From NCBI GenBank assembly GCA_013265495.1, contig MU057801.1, positions 806,001-870,000 of the forward strand: 64,000 nucleotides of DNA. Reading direction: 5' to 3'. Positions 26,135-39,374 of this stretch are shown here, in pieces. The translations under genes and the position numbers were made by a program. The DNA comes from Vicugna vicugna. Lineage: Eukaryota. The notes beneath the pieces are model-generated. The model did no database searches. It was given only the letters and a program-made list of their open reading frames with translations, and was not told the DNA's origin. How positions within the stretch are numbered: the stretch's first letter is position 1; each line of letters begins with the position of its first letter.

Positions 26135-26966
26135 TCAGCCATTAGGGAAGTGCCAACTACAGCCCCCGTCAGAATGGCTAAACTGAAGGACGGAGGTGAT
26201 GCCAAGTGCTGGTGAGGACGTGGAACAACTCGAGCACTCATGAGCTGCTGATGGAAGTGTCAACGGACACACCACCACCCTGGAGAACAGCTGGTTCTGT
26301 GGAGTAAAGCTGAGCACATACACACTCTGTCATCCAGCAGCACCACTCTAGTACACTTACTGGAAAAGAGCACATACGCGCACCAAAACACATACGCCAG
26401 GACACTCACTCGTAACAGAAGGATCTGTGACAGCCAAACAAGACGACCACATTCCCAGCAACAGCGGAAAGAATTATGACCTACTCACATCACAGAAGTG
26501 CAAACAGCAACGGAAAGGAACCGTGCAAGTATCACAGGTGAGATGTGGCATGAAAGAAGCCGTACTCAAAAAGCACAAAAAAAGAAAAGTTCACCTCTGC
26601 TGTTAGAAGTCAGGGTCTGAAGGGGAGGGTGTAGCTCTGTGTAGAGCACGTGCTTAGCATGCATGAGGTCCTAGGCTCCATCCCCAGCACCTCCACTAAA
26701 AACAAATAAATAAACCTAATCCCCCTACAAATAAACAAACAAAAATTAAGAAAAAAAAAAAAAAAAGAAGAAGAAGTTAGGGAACAGGTACCTTAGCTGG
26801 AGAGTAATGTTTAGGGACTGGTAATGTGCTGATTCACCAGCCTGCTGGTGACAAGGGTGTGTTCAGTCTGAGAAATTCAACAAACTATATACTATATATA
26901 TATATATATACACTCTTGATGTGTACTCTTTTTATACTTCAATAAATGTTATTATACTTCAATAAA
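26135..26966 (+). mobile_element. Old L1M (L1MC/ME-like) 3' region interrupted by a SINE
   Basis: agaatggctaaact...ccaagtgctggtgaggacgtggaacaact; ends ttatacttcaataaa. Confidence 0.75.
26622..26771 (+). mobile_element. tRNA-derived SINE (camelid Vic-1-type)
   Basis: ggggagggtgtagctc (A box)...gtgcttagcatgcatgaggtcctaggctccatcccc (B box); aaataaataaacctaat; poly(A); TSD agaagtcaggg (26605-26615) / agaagttaggg (26772-26782). Confidence 0.9.
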
Positions 26967-27130
26967 ACCCTCTCCCCATTCAAGTCTATACTCCAGCAAC
27001 CACCCGAGTCAACATAACACACTAATTCTAACCAGAGGGGGTGTTCAGATCCTGCAGAAATGTCACCCTCACTGGTTTTAAGCAAAATGCAATGTCAAAA
27101 GCTGATATTTTAAAAATTACTGTCATGTTT

Positions 27131-27636
27131 TGATGGGGTTTAGGACATGCCACCCCAAACATAGCACCTTGGCATATCGAATACCTTAAGCTGAAGGAGT
27201 CTGAGAAAACGGCAGAGCCAGCAAGGTCACGCTGCCCTCCCACCTGCCCTTCCTCCCGGGAGCAGGCCATAAAGCCCTCACGGGAGAGGTGCCCTCCCTG
27301 GACCTGGAAGAGAGAAGCATCCTTTTCTCTGAAAACAAAGGGCCACTGAAAGGAATCCTAACAAACAGGCCTCGCTAAGTTCCCCACAGTTTATTAGAAT
27401 TCCTCATACTCCTTCATCTATCGTTTTCCTCCAAGACTTTCCACGCATCACCAAACCTGGCACCAAAGTGCATAGATCTGTTGCTTTGGGTATTCATTTC
27501 CTTATAAAGGCTCCCATGTCCTGTGGAACGTATATGAAATAAACCTGCATGCTTTCTCCTGTTCATCTTTGTCAGTTGCATTTTCAGATGCAGCCAGGGA
27601 CCCTAAGAGAATGGCTAGATAAATACCCTGTGACCA
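27131..27636 (+). mobile_element. ERV1 solo LTR (MER34-like)
   Basis: tgatggggtttaggacatgccaccccaaacatagcaccttggcata start; AATAAA near 27538; cagccagggaccctaaga near end; right boundary uncertain. Confidence 0.75.
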
Positions 27637-28666
27637 GCAGCCTCCCTGCACTGGCAAGTTACACACGCATCCAAATATTTCCAATCCTGTAGCAAACGTG
27701 GCTGCAAGTAAATGGCTATACTGGAACCTACGTCACCGAGAACAAATCCAGTTACAACACGTGTGCACTGTGCATAAATTCCAGATCTCCACCACCAGAG
27801 AAATAGATTCATTCGTGCGTTGGATGCATGTATACAATTCCCGCTGTGTTTATTGTATGCAGATGGGCCCAGACACCTGTTGGTGTCTACAGTGTTAAGA
27901 GTTTCAGTGTAAATATCTAGACTATTTCTGCCCCAGAACTGGGCCGTCGCATGGACGGGAGGCGATCTGGGAGAAGTTGTGCTGGGGCTCAGAGCAAGGG
28001 CAGGAGATCGGACTGAGGTTCTAGCAGTGCAGCGGTCAGCTTCCCAAAGCCAGGAAAGCCAGGGTACAGGGATGGCCATCGAGACACCGAATCTTGTCAA
28101 AGACAACTCTTAGAGGTGCTCAACCCAGAGCACAGACATCTGCACACCAGCCGAGTCCAGCCTCCGAGCCAGGGAGCAAAGAAAGGCAGGCCACGCCGGC
28201 GTGGCTCAGTACAGAGCAGCGACTGTGTACAGCTTCTGCGCGGTGGCCAGGAGATTATCGCAGCCACACACGTGTGCCAACTCACACTGGGGTCTACTTT
28301 TGACAGCTGAGGACAGTGGCAGGGCCACACAACAGCGACATCAAAGAGTGAGGTCACAGCTGCAGGTCTGGGATGCAACAGCCTATTAGCAGAGCACTTC
28401 CAACTACCACTTTCCTTAGACATTAATGAGTGATGGTGCCTCATTACATTTTTCCTCCCAAGCCTTGGGCGAGCTTTCCCACATTCCCATTTGCAAGAAG
28501 ACAAAAGCAAAGTAAGTAAGAAAAGCGAGGCGGGAGATGGAGGATGGGAGGAAATATGTTGGAGATGGGAACTGACTGCATTTTCACCTACGATAAAGGA
28601 AGAAAAGCCTGCCTGTTAAACACTCTCAATGATTTAAGTGTTAGGAGAAATACAGCAGTGTGAGCA

Positions 28667-29241
28667 TGTTGCCGACAGTCAGCCCCGGCCCTGACGAGCC
28701 AAGTAACTCAGTGACCGGGTCTTGGAGCTTAAAAGAAAACAGGCAGCTCTATTGCTTTGCCGGGCAAAGGGGACTCATAGCAGGCTGGTGCCTTCAAAAC
28801 TGGGCGCCCACCTTGGGGACAGGGCAGTAGGGCGGTTATACAGCCGTAGCTCAAACAATAAGGCATCGATCACCATCCACAGAATCATTTTCTCATCAGA
28901 AGACTTACAGTGGCATCATGATGCCTCCAGGCGACCAGTTCTGTAGAGGCCAGTGGTGGTCACTTTTTCAATCTCTTTATCTCGTAAGCACTCAAGGCGT
29001 GGTCTTCTTGGTATGTAGCCTACTTTGCAAGGTTACAGTTCTGTGACCTTCTCCCTGGACGTCGACTCAGAGACCAAGCATGATAAGAGCTTTTGGTCAC
29101 TGGAATAAAGTAGGAACAGCAAGTTCAGCAGCTTGGAGCTGTGAGCAGTGGCCCGTCAGTCAGGTACGGGCAAGCATAAGCCATCTGTAAGAACAAGCAG
29201 GCTGTTAGCCTAAATGTGGCCATTTTGTTAACCCTCCTTCA
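28667..29241 (-). mobile_element. ERV1-type solo LTR (575 bp)
   Basis: TG...CA termini; perfect 4-bp TSD agca (28663-28666 / 29242-29245); attgctttgccgggcaaagggg LTR signature. Confidence 0.85.
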
Positions 29242-29366
29242 AGCACAGGTGACAAATGATTAGTCAGGGAGGCTGGGAGGGAGGAAGGGGAGGTGGGGGG
29301 TAGGGGAGGAAAAAGAAACAGCTGTAAAAACCCTCAGTTGTCATATGGGGACATCTTACTGGATGT

Positions 29367-29843
29367 CGTCGACTGAAATAAATGAAAGCTGAGAGTCATG
29401 TTTTATTCAGTGGACAATTCTGAGGACTCGAGCCAGGATGACAGCCTCCCAGATCGCTCTGAGGGGCTGCTCCAAAGAGGTACGGGAGGAGCTGGGATAT
29501 ATAGGAGCTTTATAACAAAGACCAGGTAGTCGGAACACTAAAAGATTACTTGTTATCTAAAGAAAACCAGGCATTTCAAGTTAAAGAATTTAGGGCTTTT
29601 TTATGTATGGGAGGGAGCAAACATTTGGGCTCATTGACTAAATTCCTTTGACAAGCACCTAGCTATCTAGGGCCAGTATCTTGTCCTTTCTTATTCTGAG
29701 TCCCTCAGAGGGCACCACTGTGAGTGGCTGTAGAGGCCGGGCTGCAGGCTTGTCTTCACTGGAGCGTGGCAGCAGCCACTGATGACTTGATGGCTTCAGC
29801 ATTCTTTGTTTACTGATATGGCTTGCAGTACTTTTTGCTCACA
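29367..29843 (-). mobile_element. ERV1-type solo LTR (477 bp, possibly MER41-like)
   Basis: Perfect 4-bp TSD atgt (29363-29366 / 29844-29847); minus strand starts tgtgagcaaaaag and carries TATA (cctatatatc) and AATAAA; one terminus mutated (cg for tg). Confidence 0.85.
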
Positions 29844-30040
29844 ATGTCAATCCAGAAAACAAGCATTTCATAAATCTCACCCTTCTTTAAATGCATCTGG
29901 GACACAGTAGCAACTAGTTTCATAAATCAAAAACCTTTGGGTGGTGTGAACACTCAACACTTACCATTGGCATGCTACTTGTGGTCTTTCGCGACAGCAA
30001 GTTTTAAAAAACTTCTCATAGAAGGAAAAATTAATTGCAT

Positions 30041-30060
30041 CACACACACACACACACACA
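30041..30060. repeat. (CA)10 microsatellite
   Basis: Read directly. Confidence 0.95.
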
Positions 30061-30922
30061 AAATGCACTGAACTGTTTGGAAGTAAATGGCGGCCTTTGT
30101 ATAGCCAGAAACGTGTGGACGTAATATCTGAAACCTTATGGTCTGAACATGAACTCAGACTTTTTTTATAAGTCATTTTTTACCCTCCCTCCCTCCCTTT
30201 CCTGGTGAAAACTCAAAACTTGAATTTCCTCCCTTCCATTTGTTAGCAGGAGTGGTTCATTCATTACATTTGCAGAGAAGTGTCTGAGGTGGTTGGAAGG
30301 GTATTAAAATCACCCGGCAAGAAAGGTGACCCGTGAAATTCCTGGTGGCTTAAATTTCTGAAAAGAAAGAAGGAAGAAGGAAAGAGAGTATCGCATATCT
30401 TTGTCGTGTTAATCTGCCAGGAAATGGTTATAATGTCCCAGGAACCTTGAAAGGGATGGAGTGAGTCCAAGTTTGGCCTCCCACGTGGGGCACAGGAGAC
30501 TCTGAAATTAGACTTGAGTCTCTGCTTCTGGACTCAGGAGAGGAGAGAGGGGACCTACCTACCCAGCCTCCAGAGTCTGACGTCCAAACTCTCTAAAACT
30601 GTCAGTTCAGGGAACTCGGCTTTCCTTGGTAGCAAAGACAGAACCAGGAAGCAAGGCGTTCAAAATAATTTAGAAAAGAAAGGACACCCACAGTGATGAC
30701 AGATCTATGACATTTCTGTAATGTGAACCTGTTGCCTCCTGCTCTTTCCTTTCTTGTCAATTTTCTTAAAATATGAATAAGAAATTGTGGCATATATTCA
30801 ACTTCATATTTTGCTTTCTTTTTCCCCAAAGCACTTCTCATGCTACTGAGACAGGAGGAAAGGGGGCAGGGTACAGCCACTTAAGGAATGACAGCAATTT
30901 AACACCAAAGGAGTGGAAGATT

Positions 30923-33900
30923 ATAAAGAAAGATAAAGAAGGACATTTTATAATGATTATAGGAGTAATACAAGATGAGGATATTACACTTGTTAATATA
31001 TATGCACCCAATATAGGGGCACCTAAGTACATAAAACAATTACTAACAGAGGTAAAGGAGGATATTGATGGGAATACAATCATAGTCGGAGATTTTAACA
31101 CTGCATTAACATCACGAGACAGATCTTCCAGACAGAAAATAAATAAGGCAAAAGAGAAATTCAATAATACAACAGAAAAATTAGATTTGGTGGATATGTT
31201 CAGAGTATTACACCCCCCAAAAATAGGATATACATTCTTTTCAAGTGTACATGGAACATTTTCTAGGATTGATCATGTACTTGGACACAAAAGAAACCTC
31301 AACAATTTTACGAAGATAGAAATTATCTCAAGCATCTTTACTGACCACAATGCCATGAAACTAGAAATCAACAACAAAGAAACAAAGGAGAAGAAAAGGA
31401 AAGCATGGAAATTAAACAACATGCTATTAAAAAAACAATGGGTCAATGAGGAAATCAAAGTTGAAATTAAAAAATGCCTTGAGACAAATGAAAATGAAAA
31501 CACAACCACACAAAACTTATGGGATGCAGCAATGTCAGTGCTAAGAGGGAAGTTTAGGGTGATACAGGCCTTCCTCAAAAAAGAAGAACAATCTCAAATA
31601 AACAATCTAACCCACCAGCTAAAAGAATTAGAAAAAGAAGAGCAAAAAACCCCAAAAGGCAGCAGAAGGAAGGAAATAATACAGATCAGGGAGGAAATAG
31701 ATACGATAGAGACTGAGAAAACAATAGAAAAAAAATGAATCAAACCAAAAGCTGGTTTTTTGAAAAGGTAAATAAAATCCAAAACCTCTGGCCAAACTCA
31801 CAAAGAAGAAAAAAGAGAGAGCACAAATAAGCAAAATAAGAAAGGAAAATGGAGAAATTACAACAAATAACATAGAAATACAGACTATCATACGAGAATA
31901 TTGTGAAGAACTATATGGAACCAAACTGGATAACCCAGAGGAGATGGACGAGTTTCTGGAAACATACAGTCCACCAAGACTGAACCAAGAATAAACTGAC
32001 CACTTGAACAAACCGATCACTAGAAATGAAATCGAATTAGCAATAAAAAAAACCTCCCTACAAATAAAAGTCCAGGACTGGATGGCTTCACTGGAAAATT
32101 CTACCAAACATACAAAGAAGAACTCATACTCTTCCAGAAGATTGAAAAGGAGGGAATACTCCCAAACTCATTCTATGAAGCCACCATCACCCTGATACCA
32201 AAACCAGGCAAAGACACTACCAAAAAAGAGAATTATAGGCCAGTATCGCTGATGAACATAGATGCAAAAATCCTCACCAAAATACTAGCAAATAGAATCC
32301 AACAGCACATAAAAAAGATTATACATCATGACCAAGTGGGGTTCATCCCAGGGACACAAGGGTGGCTCAACATACGTAAATCAATCATCAATGTAATACA
32401 TCATATCAACAAGAGAAAGGACAAAAACCACATGATCATCTCAATAGATGCAGAAAAAGCATTTGATAAAATTCAACACCCATTTATGATAAAAACTCTC
32501 ACCAAAGTGGGTATAGAGGAGACATATCTCAACATCATAAAAGCTATATATGACAAACCTACAGCAAGCATAGCACTCAATGGTGAAAAACTCAAAAGCT
32601 TCCCACTAAAATCTGGGACAAGACAAGGATACCCACTATCACCACTCCTATTCAACATAGTCTTGGAAGTCCTAGCCACAGCAATCAGGCAAGAGAGAGA
32701 AATAAAAGGGATCCAAATTGGAAAAGAAGAGGTAAAAGTGTCACTATATGCAGATGATATGATACTATATATAGAAAACCCTAAAAGGTCCACACAAAAA
32801 CTACTAGAGCTGGTTGAAGAATTCCGCAAGGTAGCAGGTTACAAGGTTAATGTTCAAAAAATCAGTTGCATTTCTTTACACTAATGATGAATCAACAGAA
32901 AAAGAAAGTAAAGAAACAATCCCCTTTAAAATAGGACCCGAAGTCATAAAATACCTAGGAATAAATCTAACCAAGGAGGTGAAAGAATTATACACAGAAA
33001 ACTATAAACCATTGATGAAGGAAATTAAAGAAGACTTTAAAAAATGGAAAGATATCCCATGCTCTTGGATTGGAAGAATCAATATTGTTAAAATGGTCAC
33101 ACTGCCCAAGGCAATCTACAGATTTAATGCAATCCCTATCAAATTACCCAGAACATAGTTCACAGAACTAGAACAAATCATAATAACATTTCAATGGAAC
33201 CATCAAAGACCTAGAATTGCCAAAGCATTACTGAAGAGAAAGAAAGAGGCTGGAGGAATAACTCTCCCAGACTTCAGACAATACTATAGAGCTGTAGTCA
33301 TCAAGACAGCACAGTATTGATACAAGAACAGACATATAGACCAATGGAACAGAATAGAGAGCCCAGAAATGAACCCACAAACTTCTGGTCAACTAATGTT
33401 TGACAAAGGAGGCAAAAATATACAATGGAATAAAGACAGTCTCTTCAGCAAATGGTGCTGGGAAAACTGGACAGCAGCATGTAAATCAATGAAGTTAGAA
33501 CACACCCTTACACCATACACAAAAATCAACTCAAAATGGATCAGAAACTTAAACCTGAGACAAGATACAATAAATCTCCTAGAAGAAAATATAAGCAAAA
33601 CATTATCTGACATACATCTCAAAAATATTTTCCTAGAAGAAATAAAAGCAAGAATAAATAAATGGGCCTAATTAAACTTACAAGCTTCTGCACAGCAAAG
33701 GAAACCATAAGTAAAACAAAACGACAACCTATGGAATGGGAGGAAATTTTTACAAATGAAACCAACATAGGCTTGATCTCCAGAATATGTAAGCAGCTCA
33801 TACAACTTAATAAGAAAAAAAAAAAACCCAATCCAAAAATGGGCAAAAGACCTAAACAAGCAATTCTCAAAGGAAGAAATACAAATGATCAATAGGCCCA

Positions 33901-34433
33901 TGAAAACATGCTCAATATCACTAATTATCAGAGAAATGCAAATCAAAACTACCACACTAGTCAGAATGGCCATCATTCAAAAGTCCACAAATGACAGATG
34001 CTGGAGAAGCTGTGGAGAAAAGGGAACCCTCCTACACTGCTGGTGGGAATGCAGTTGGGTGCAGCCACTGTGGAAAACAGTATGGAGATTCCTCAAAAGA
34101 CTAGGAATAGACTTACCGTATGACCCAGGAATCCCACTCCTGGGCTTATATCCAGAAGGAACCTTACTTCAAAATGACACCTGCACCCCAATGTTCATAG
34201 CAGCAGTATTTACAATACCCAAGAAATCGAAACTGCCTAAATGTCCATCAACAGATGACTGGATAAAGAAGAGGTGGTATATTTATACAATGGAATACTA
34301 TTCAGCCAACAAAACCAACAACATAACGCCATTTGCAGCAACAAGGATGCTCCTGGAGAATGTCATTCTAAGTGAAGTAAGCCAGAAAGAGAAAGAAAAA
34401 TACTATATGAGATTGCTTATATGTGGAATCTGA
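30923..34433 (+). pseudogene. Disrupted L1 ORF2 (endonuclease / reverse transcriptase)
   Basis: ORF2p homology is split over ORFs 30773-31738, 32252-32884, 32850-33158, 33369-33671, 33662-33895 and 33885-34433 by frameshifts and stops; N-terminus missing. Confidence 0.95.
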
Positions 34434-34730
34434 AAAAAAAACATAAATACAAAACAGAAACAGACTCATAGACATAGAATACAAACTTGTGTTGCAAAGC
34501 GGGCAGGTAGTGGGAAGGGATAGACTGAGATTTCAAAATGTAGACTAGATAAACAAGATTATACGGTATAGCACAGGGAAATATATACAGGATCTTATAG
34601 TAGCTCACAGAGAATAAAATGTGACAATGAATATATATATGTTCATGTATAACTGAAAAATTGTGCTCTACACTGGAATTTGACACAACATTGTAAAATG
34701 ATTATAAATCAGTAAAAAATGTTAAAAAAA
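30923..34730 (+). mobile_element. 5'-truncated L1 LINE (~3.8 kb), inactive
   Basis: ORF2p endonuclease motifs NIYAPN, IVGDFNT, SRIDHVLG, TDHNA; RT motifs [10 protein letters not shown] and YADD (32747-32758); C-terminal [18 protein letters not shown]; 3' UTR and A tail; TSD core gtggaagatt on both sides. Confidence 0.98.
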
Positions 34731-35719
34731 ATGGTGGAAGATTCACCAAAATGGTGGCAGATTCAACTCCCAGTTGGCCTTAACGATTTAACTTCTAGTA
34801 GACCTTGAGCTTCATTAAATGCTCATTGTAACAGCGTCATAAATAACCTGCCCGCAGGTGCCATGATAGTTCCAAGCAAAAGGCCAAAGAATGGGCGGTG
34901 ACCCAGTTCCTGGTAATCTCAGCCCCCTCCCCAGGGCAGTTGGAATGGTCCCTCCCACCTGTAGGCGTGTGAAGCTACCGAGCCCATAAAACATGGCGAC
35001 ACAACGCCTAGTGGCCTTTTTCGTGAGACGGCCCGCACTCTGTCTATGGAGTGTGTGCCTACGTTTACTTTAACCTGAGCACCCAGTTCCCACACCTCTT
35101 TCCTTGCTTGCCTTTCCTTGCCTTGCACTCTATGCAGTGTGTATCTCTCTAAATAAATCTCCCTTTACTCAATGGTGGCTTGCACTTGAATTCTTTCCTG
35201 CGTGAAGCCAAGGACCCACACTTGGCGGGGCATGTCCCAGGGGCTCAACCGAGACCTGGGACACGGCCGTCCTCATATCCCACATCCGTTTTCCTGCATC
35301 ATCTCCAAATAGTTATCGCGGCCATTATTTTAAATGGCCACGGAAAACTCTATGGAGCAGGTACCAGAATGTTCTGCACAGGAGCTCCGTTCTGGGCGTA
35401 TTTTTCTATCCACCTCAGTCTCCACCAGCGAACTTGGCTTATGTTGGCCACAGGGAGCCAAAGTCATGGAAATAAAGTCCGAAGAAAAGTTCTTACTGGA
35501 ACCAGCTGGATTTACACCCCCGCCACCGTCCAGGACTGGAGGGCGCTGGAGGGGGCAGGAGGGTGGAAAATGAATCAAAGAAGACCCATAACCCCCCACA
35601 AAGGGTGAGTGTCCAGCCCAGAGCAGCTCATCAGATGCTAATGTTCCCTTTGCATTAATTAGTGAGAACAGTTTATAGATAACTGCTTTATATCAGCCTG
35701 CTCTATTTATTTATCTTAT

Positions 35720-35850
35720 AGCCTTTATTTTTTTTTACAGCAGTTATGAGTTCACAGCAAAATGGAGCAGAAGGTACAGAGATTTCCCATTTATCCCCAC
35801 ATACGTGGAGCCTCCCCGGTTACCAACATAGTGAAACGTTAGTTACAACC
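35720..35850 (-). mobile_element. Old L1M 3' end fragment
   Basis: acagcagttatgagttcacagcaaaatggagcagaaggtacagagatttccca. Confidence 0.75.
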
Positions 35851-37059
35851 GCTAAGAGGAAACTGAGCAGAAACCCGGGGCCTCGCCCACTGTGCTGCCC
35901 ACCGTCCTCCCAGCCTCCCCACTTATGCCCACTGACCACTTCCTGCCGCAGACCCGAAGCACCGGGGGATGGCGACCCCTCGGGAGCCAGCCTCCGAGGA
36001 TGGTTACCGTAGGCTGGTGTTTATGTGCCAACTCCCCCGCCTTCAGCGGGAGTGAGTTGAGGCCAGGTGAGCACCACTGCCCACCGTGGGAGCTGGCCCC
36101 ATCAAGCCCTGATGGGCAGCTTCTGCCCTGGGTCCCTTCCCTCCTGGCTGACCCACACCCCTCACAGCTCTTTGCCCTCCAGTTCTCTCCTTTCACCCCT
36201 TCTTTCTCTCTCCCTCCTTTTCCCTTCCTCTCTCCTGCTTTTTAACCCCCTACACCCTTCTCCCCCCCCCACCCCCTTTGCCTGTCTCTTTCTTCCTCTC
36301 TCTGAGATGGCAGCTCACCTAGCTGATGACAGTCCAGGGTGGCCGCTAAAACCAGGTGGTCATGTCCATGGACAGGCATCTCAGGCCACCGGGAGCCCTT
36401 AGAGGGACTGGGGCATCATGAATGGAGTCAGACAAGGTCAGATGTGATCTCGCCTGTGGGAGCCTAAGCCCACTGGCCAGGGCAGCCTCCAGAAACAGCA
36501 CAGCTGCCTTTCAGACAGACAGTCTTAGAAGGGCAGAGCACAAGGCAGCTCAGAAAGCAAGTCTGTAAGCCAAGGGCCAGACCCCTCCCCCTTAGGGAGT
36601 TCCCATCCCCTGAACATTGTCGGTGAACCTTGCCCTGGGGCTTCAGTCTGCAGGTGGCGTCCAGGAAGCTCAGCACTGCGAGGGCAGCTTATGCACCAGC
36701 TACTGCGTGGACTCGGAATGAGTGAGCAGGATTGAGTGAGTTCAGCCCAGAGCACACTATCACTCACCCCTGTTACTTGTGGCTTCAGTACACAGCCTGG
36801 CAGTGGCCATGCTTTTAAAACCACTCTTAGGTAACTGGTGTTTTCTGAGACTCAGAGCTGGGAAAGATGGAAATCTATGGAAAGAAACCATTGGCGGGTG
36901 ATGGTACTTGTCAAAAGTGGATATGCTGATTTCATAAGTGGTATGTGTCTGAAGACGAGGATGGTCGCTGGAGCACCCCCACGCCCCCCATGACCTCAGC
37001 ACCCCCATTTCTGTGCAGACCACTCAAAAGCTTCCAGCTGTGAGTCCCCAGGACCTCCT

Positions 37060-37343
37060 GGGCCTCTGGAGCAGCCTTCCACCCACGGCTGGTGGGAGTT
37101 GCTTAACAGATACTCAGGTGACCTTGCCCGCGGGCGAAGGTCCCTCTGACGTGGGCTCCACACGGTTTCCCAGGGTTGCCCGGCGGGGGGACCCCAGGAG
37201 CCCTGGGTGACGCCTCACTAACACCGCCTCTACTCGCTGTTTCCCTTCCTCGCCTCTCGTCCCCTGTCCCCCACCAGCGTTTCCTAAAGTTGCAGCACCT
37301 CACCTTTGTCGTAGGGTCTCCCCAGGGGAACCGAGACTAAGAT
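37060..37343 (+). mobile_element. ERVL LTR fragment (LTR16-like)
   Basis: Ends gggtctccccaggggaaccgagactaaga, like the LTR16-family terminus. Confidence 0.45.
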
Positions 37344-37611
37344 CGATGCAAAACCCAGAGAGAGACAGTCCCATTACCCCCAGAGGGTAACCTTAACCAC
37401 CGCGGGAAGCTCTGGAGACACTTCTGGACAGACGTTGCCTTTTATCACTTACATCACTGCGGGAGGCGTTGACTCTGCTCGTGAGACTCACTTCGCCACG
37501 TTGTTGTCTGAATGTGTAACTGAACTGCAAACAGCAGAAGGGAATTTGGATGTGGATTGTTTAACACACACACAACACACTTACTGTCCTTAAGAAAGAA
37601 ATTATGTCATT

Positions 37612-38100
37612 TGTATCAGGTTCCTAGAGCTGTTCTAACAAACCACCACAAACTGGGGGGTTTAAAATAACAGACGTCCGTGGCCGCATGGCTCTGGAGT
37701 CAAGTCCAAAGTCAAGGTGTGGCCAGGACCGTGCTTCCTCTGAAACCTGCAGGGAAGATCCCTGCCTCTCCACGAGCCTGGCGGTGTGCTGATGTGTCTG
37801 GCCGTGTGCTGGTGGTCTTTGGTTTTCCTTGTCTCTAAGTACCCCTGCTCGGTCGCCACATGGTGTCCCCCCGTGTCTGTTCACTCTGCCTTCCTGCTGT
37901 GCGTGTGTGCCCCGTGTCCAAATTCCTCCTCTTCTGTAAGGATACCAGTCAGACTGGATTAGCGTCCACCCTAATGACCTCACCTTAACTTGATTACCTG
38001 TGTCAAGACCCTATTTCCAAATAACGTGGCACATTCCGAGGTCCTGGGGCTTAGGACTTCAACTTATCTTTTTGGGGGGAACGCAATTCAACTCATAACA
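37612..38100 (-). mobile_element. MaLR solo LTR (MLT1B/C-like)
   Basis: tgtatcaggttcctagagctgttctaacaaaccaccacaaactggg ... ccctaatgacctcaccttaacttgattac ... caattcaactcataaca; TG..CA termini. Confidence 0.9.
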
Positions 38101-38549
38101 TATTTTGAGAAACATTTGGAAAGAAGAATCTACCAGACAAAACTGTAATAAAAGCTGGATTATAACAATTTTTTAAAATGTCCTTTAAAAAATGTCCAGT
38201 TAAGCTATGACATAATCTTTCAACACATTTTAGTTTAATTTTAAAATGTTTTTCATGGATGAGATACACGACTTATTCAAAGAATCCTGTCTGTTAGCAA
38301 AGGATGCGTTTGTTACCTGGAAGTGGAGGCCTGACAGAGGGTAGTGGAAACGACACTGAGGAAGTGGTGGAGCTTTGTGGGGAGGGGGCTGCTTCTGAGG
38401 AGGCGGAGGTGGGAGGACGACAACCTGACACCAGAGTGAGTGGCTAAGGTGCTGGGAGAGCTGCTTCGCATCCAGGCTTGTAATGAAGAGGGCACGTCGC
38501 AGCCAGGCCTCCTTATCGTCGTCTTGTACAGGAAAGGCTGCACTTTTTA

Positions 38550-39115
38550 AAAACCATAAAGTAATATGCTCTCACAGCAAAACATCTAAAAGAGCAAAAT
38601 CACAAGAGATTAAAATTGTACCTCTTTCTTTATTCCAAATTTTTAATTCTTCTCCCAAGAAGCAAATTCCTGTTAACAGTTTTCAGCGTCTTCTTCTAAA
38701 CTATGTTCAATGTTTGTTGTTTTCAAAAAACCATGAGGTCATACTGCATATAGTGCTCTTAAATTTCCCTTTTTCCACTTGACAATACCTCATGGGCATT
38801 TTTCCGTGGACGTGCACAGCGTCTCTGTCACTATTTTTAATGGCTTCATGGTATTCCCGAGTATGGATGTGTCACGATGAATTCAATCACTCCCCACGCC
38901 GAAATCACACGTTTCGGTGGGCTCCTAATTTTTTATCATCACAAACGATGGTTCAGGGAACATACCTGTGTAAGAATCTTAGCATGGTTAGGAATTTCTG
39001 TATTATTATTGTTCCCAAGGGAGAATTGCTCCATCAATGCACGTTTAAAATTTTGGTGGGTACTTCCAAAGTGGAGTCCCAGATGGCTGCACCAGTCTCC
39101 ACTCCTACCACTGCT
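38550..39115 (-). mobile_element. Old L1ME-like fragment
   Basis: tttttaatggcttcatggtattcccgagtatggatgtgtcacgat. Confidence 0.6.
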
Positions 39116-39374
39116 TCACGGTTTGTTCACAGGACACACTTGAGTCTTAAGCATAATTACACTTGGAAGTCTCCTGATATTAATTATACGATTGATTGAG
39201 TCCAGAAAACTTTTCTACATACTTAATTCTGTAAGAAACAAAACTTGCCTAATCCTGAGAGCAAATTTACAGTGACTATTCCTCTCCAGCTTATAACTTC
39301 TGCTTTTCTCAAGAGAATTTCTGAACCAGCACTGGGTTTCCCACTGGAAAATTAAAGAATTCTGGAACTTCTGG

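Larger units (their letters stand above)
30847..35301 (+). mobile_element. ERV solo LTR split by the L1 (pieces 30847-30922 and ~34731-35301)
   Basis: Imperfect inverted termini tgagacagga ... tcctgcatca; cataaaa at ~34985; AATAAA at ~35152; gaattctttcctgcgtgaagccaaggacccac R/U5-like signature; no clean TSD. Confidence 0.8.

Noticed and set aside
26622..26695. tRNA gene (also at ~42170-42234 and ~59701-59770)
   Set aside because: These are tRNA-like SINE heads with A-rich tails and TSDs, and have mutated A or B boxes.
26932..26966. Duplicated ttatacttcaataaa as a tandem poly(A) signal of a gene
   Set aside because: It is a small duplication of an old L1 3' terminus.
28667..29843. Two LTRs as a deleted provirus
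   Set aside because: The sequences differ, each has its own TSD, and I saw no PBS or gag/pol between them.
30773..31738. 321-aa ORF as a host gene or novel nuclease
   Set aside because: It is flank plus LTR plus truncated L1 ORF2 endonuclease, ending at a frameshift.
32252..32884. Reverse transcriptase ORF as a retron, DGR or other novel RT system
   Set aside because: Motifs ([14 protein letters not shown]) and context are ordinary L1 ORF2p, and the frame is broken.
36644..36662. Further CTCF-like motifs (tctgcaggtggcgt here; tccccaggtggcag near 53262)
   Set aside because: They mismatch the CCAS part of the core and are too weak to call without a PWM scan.
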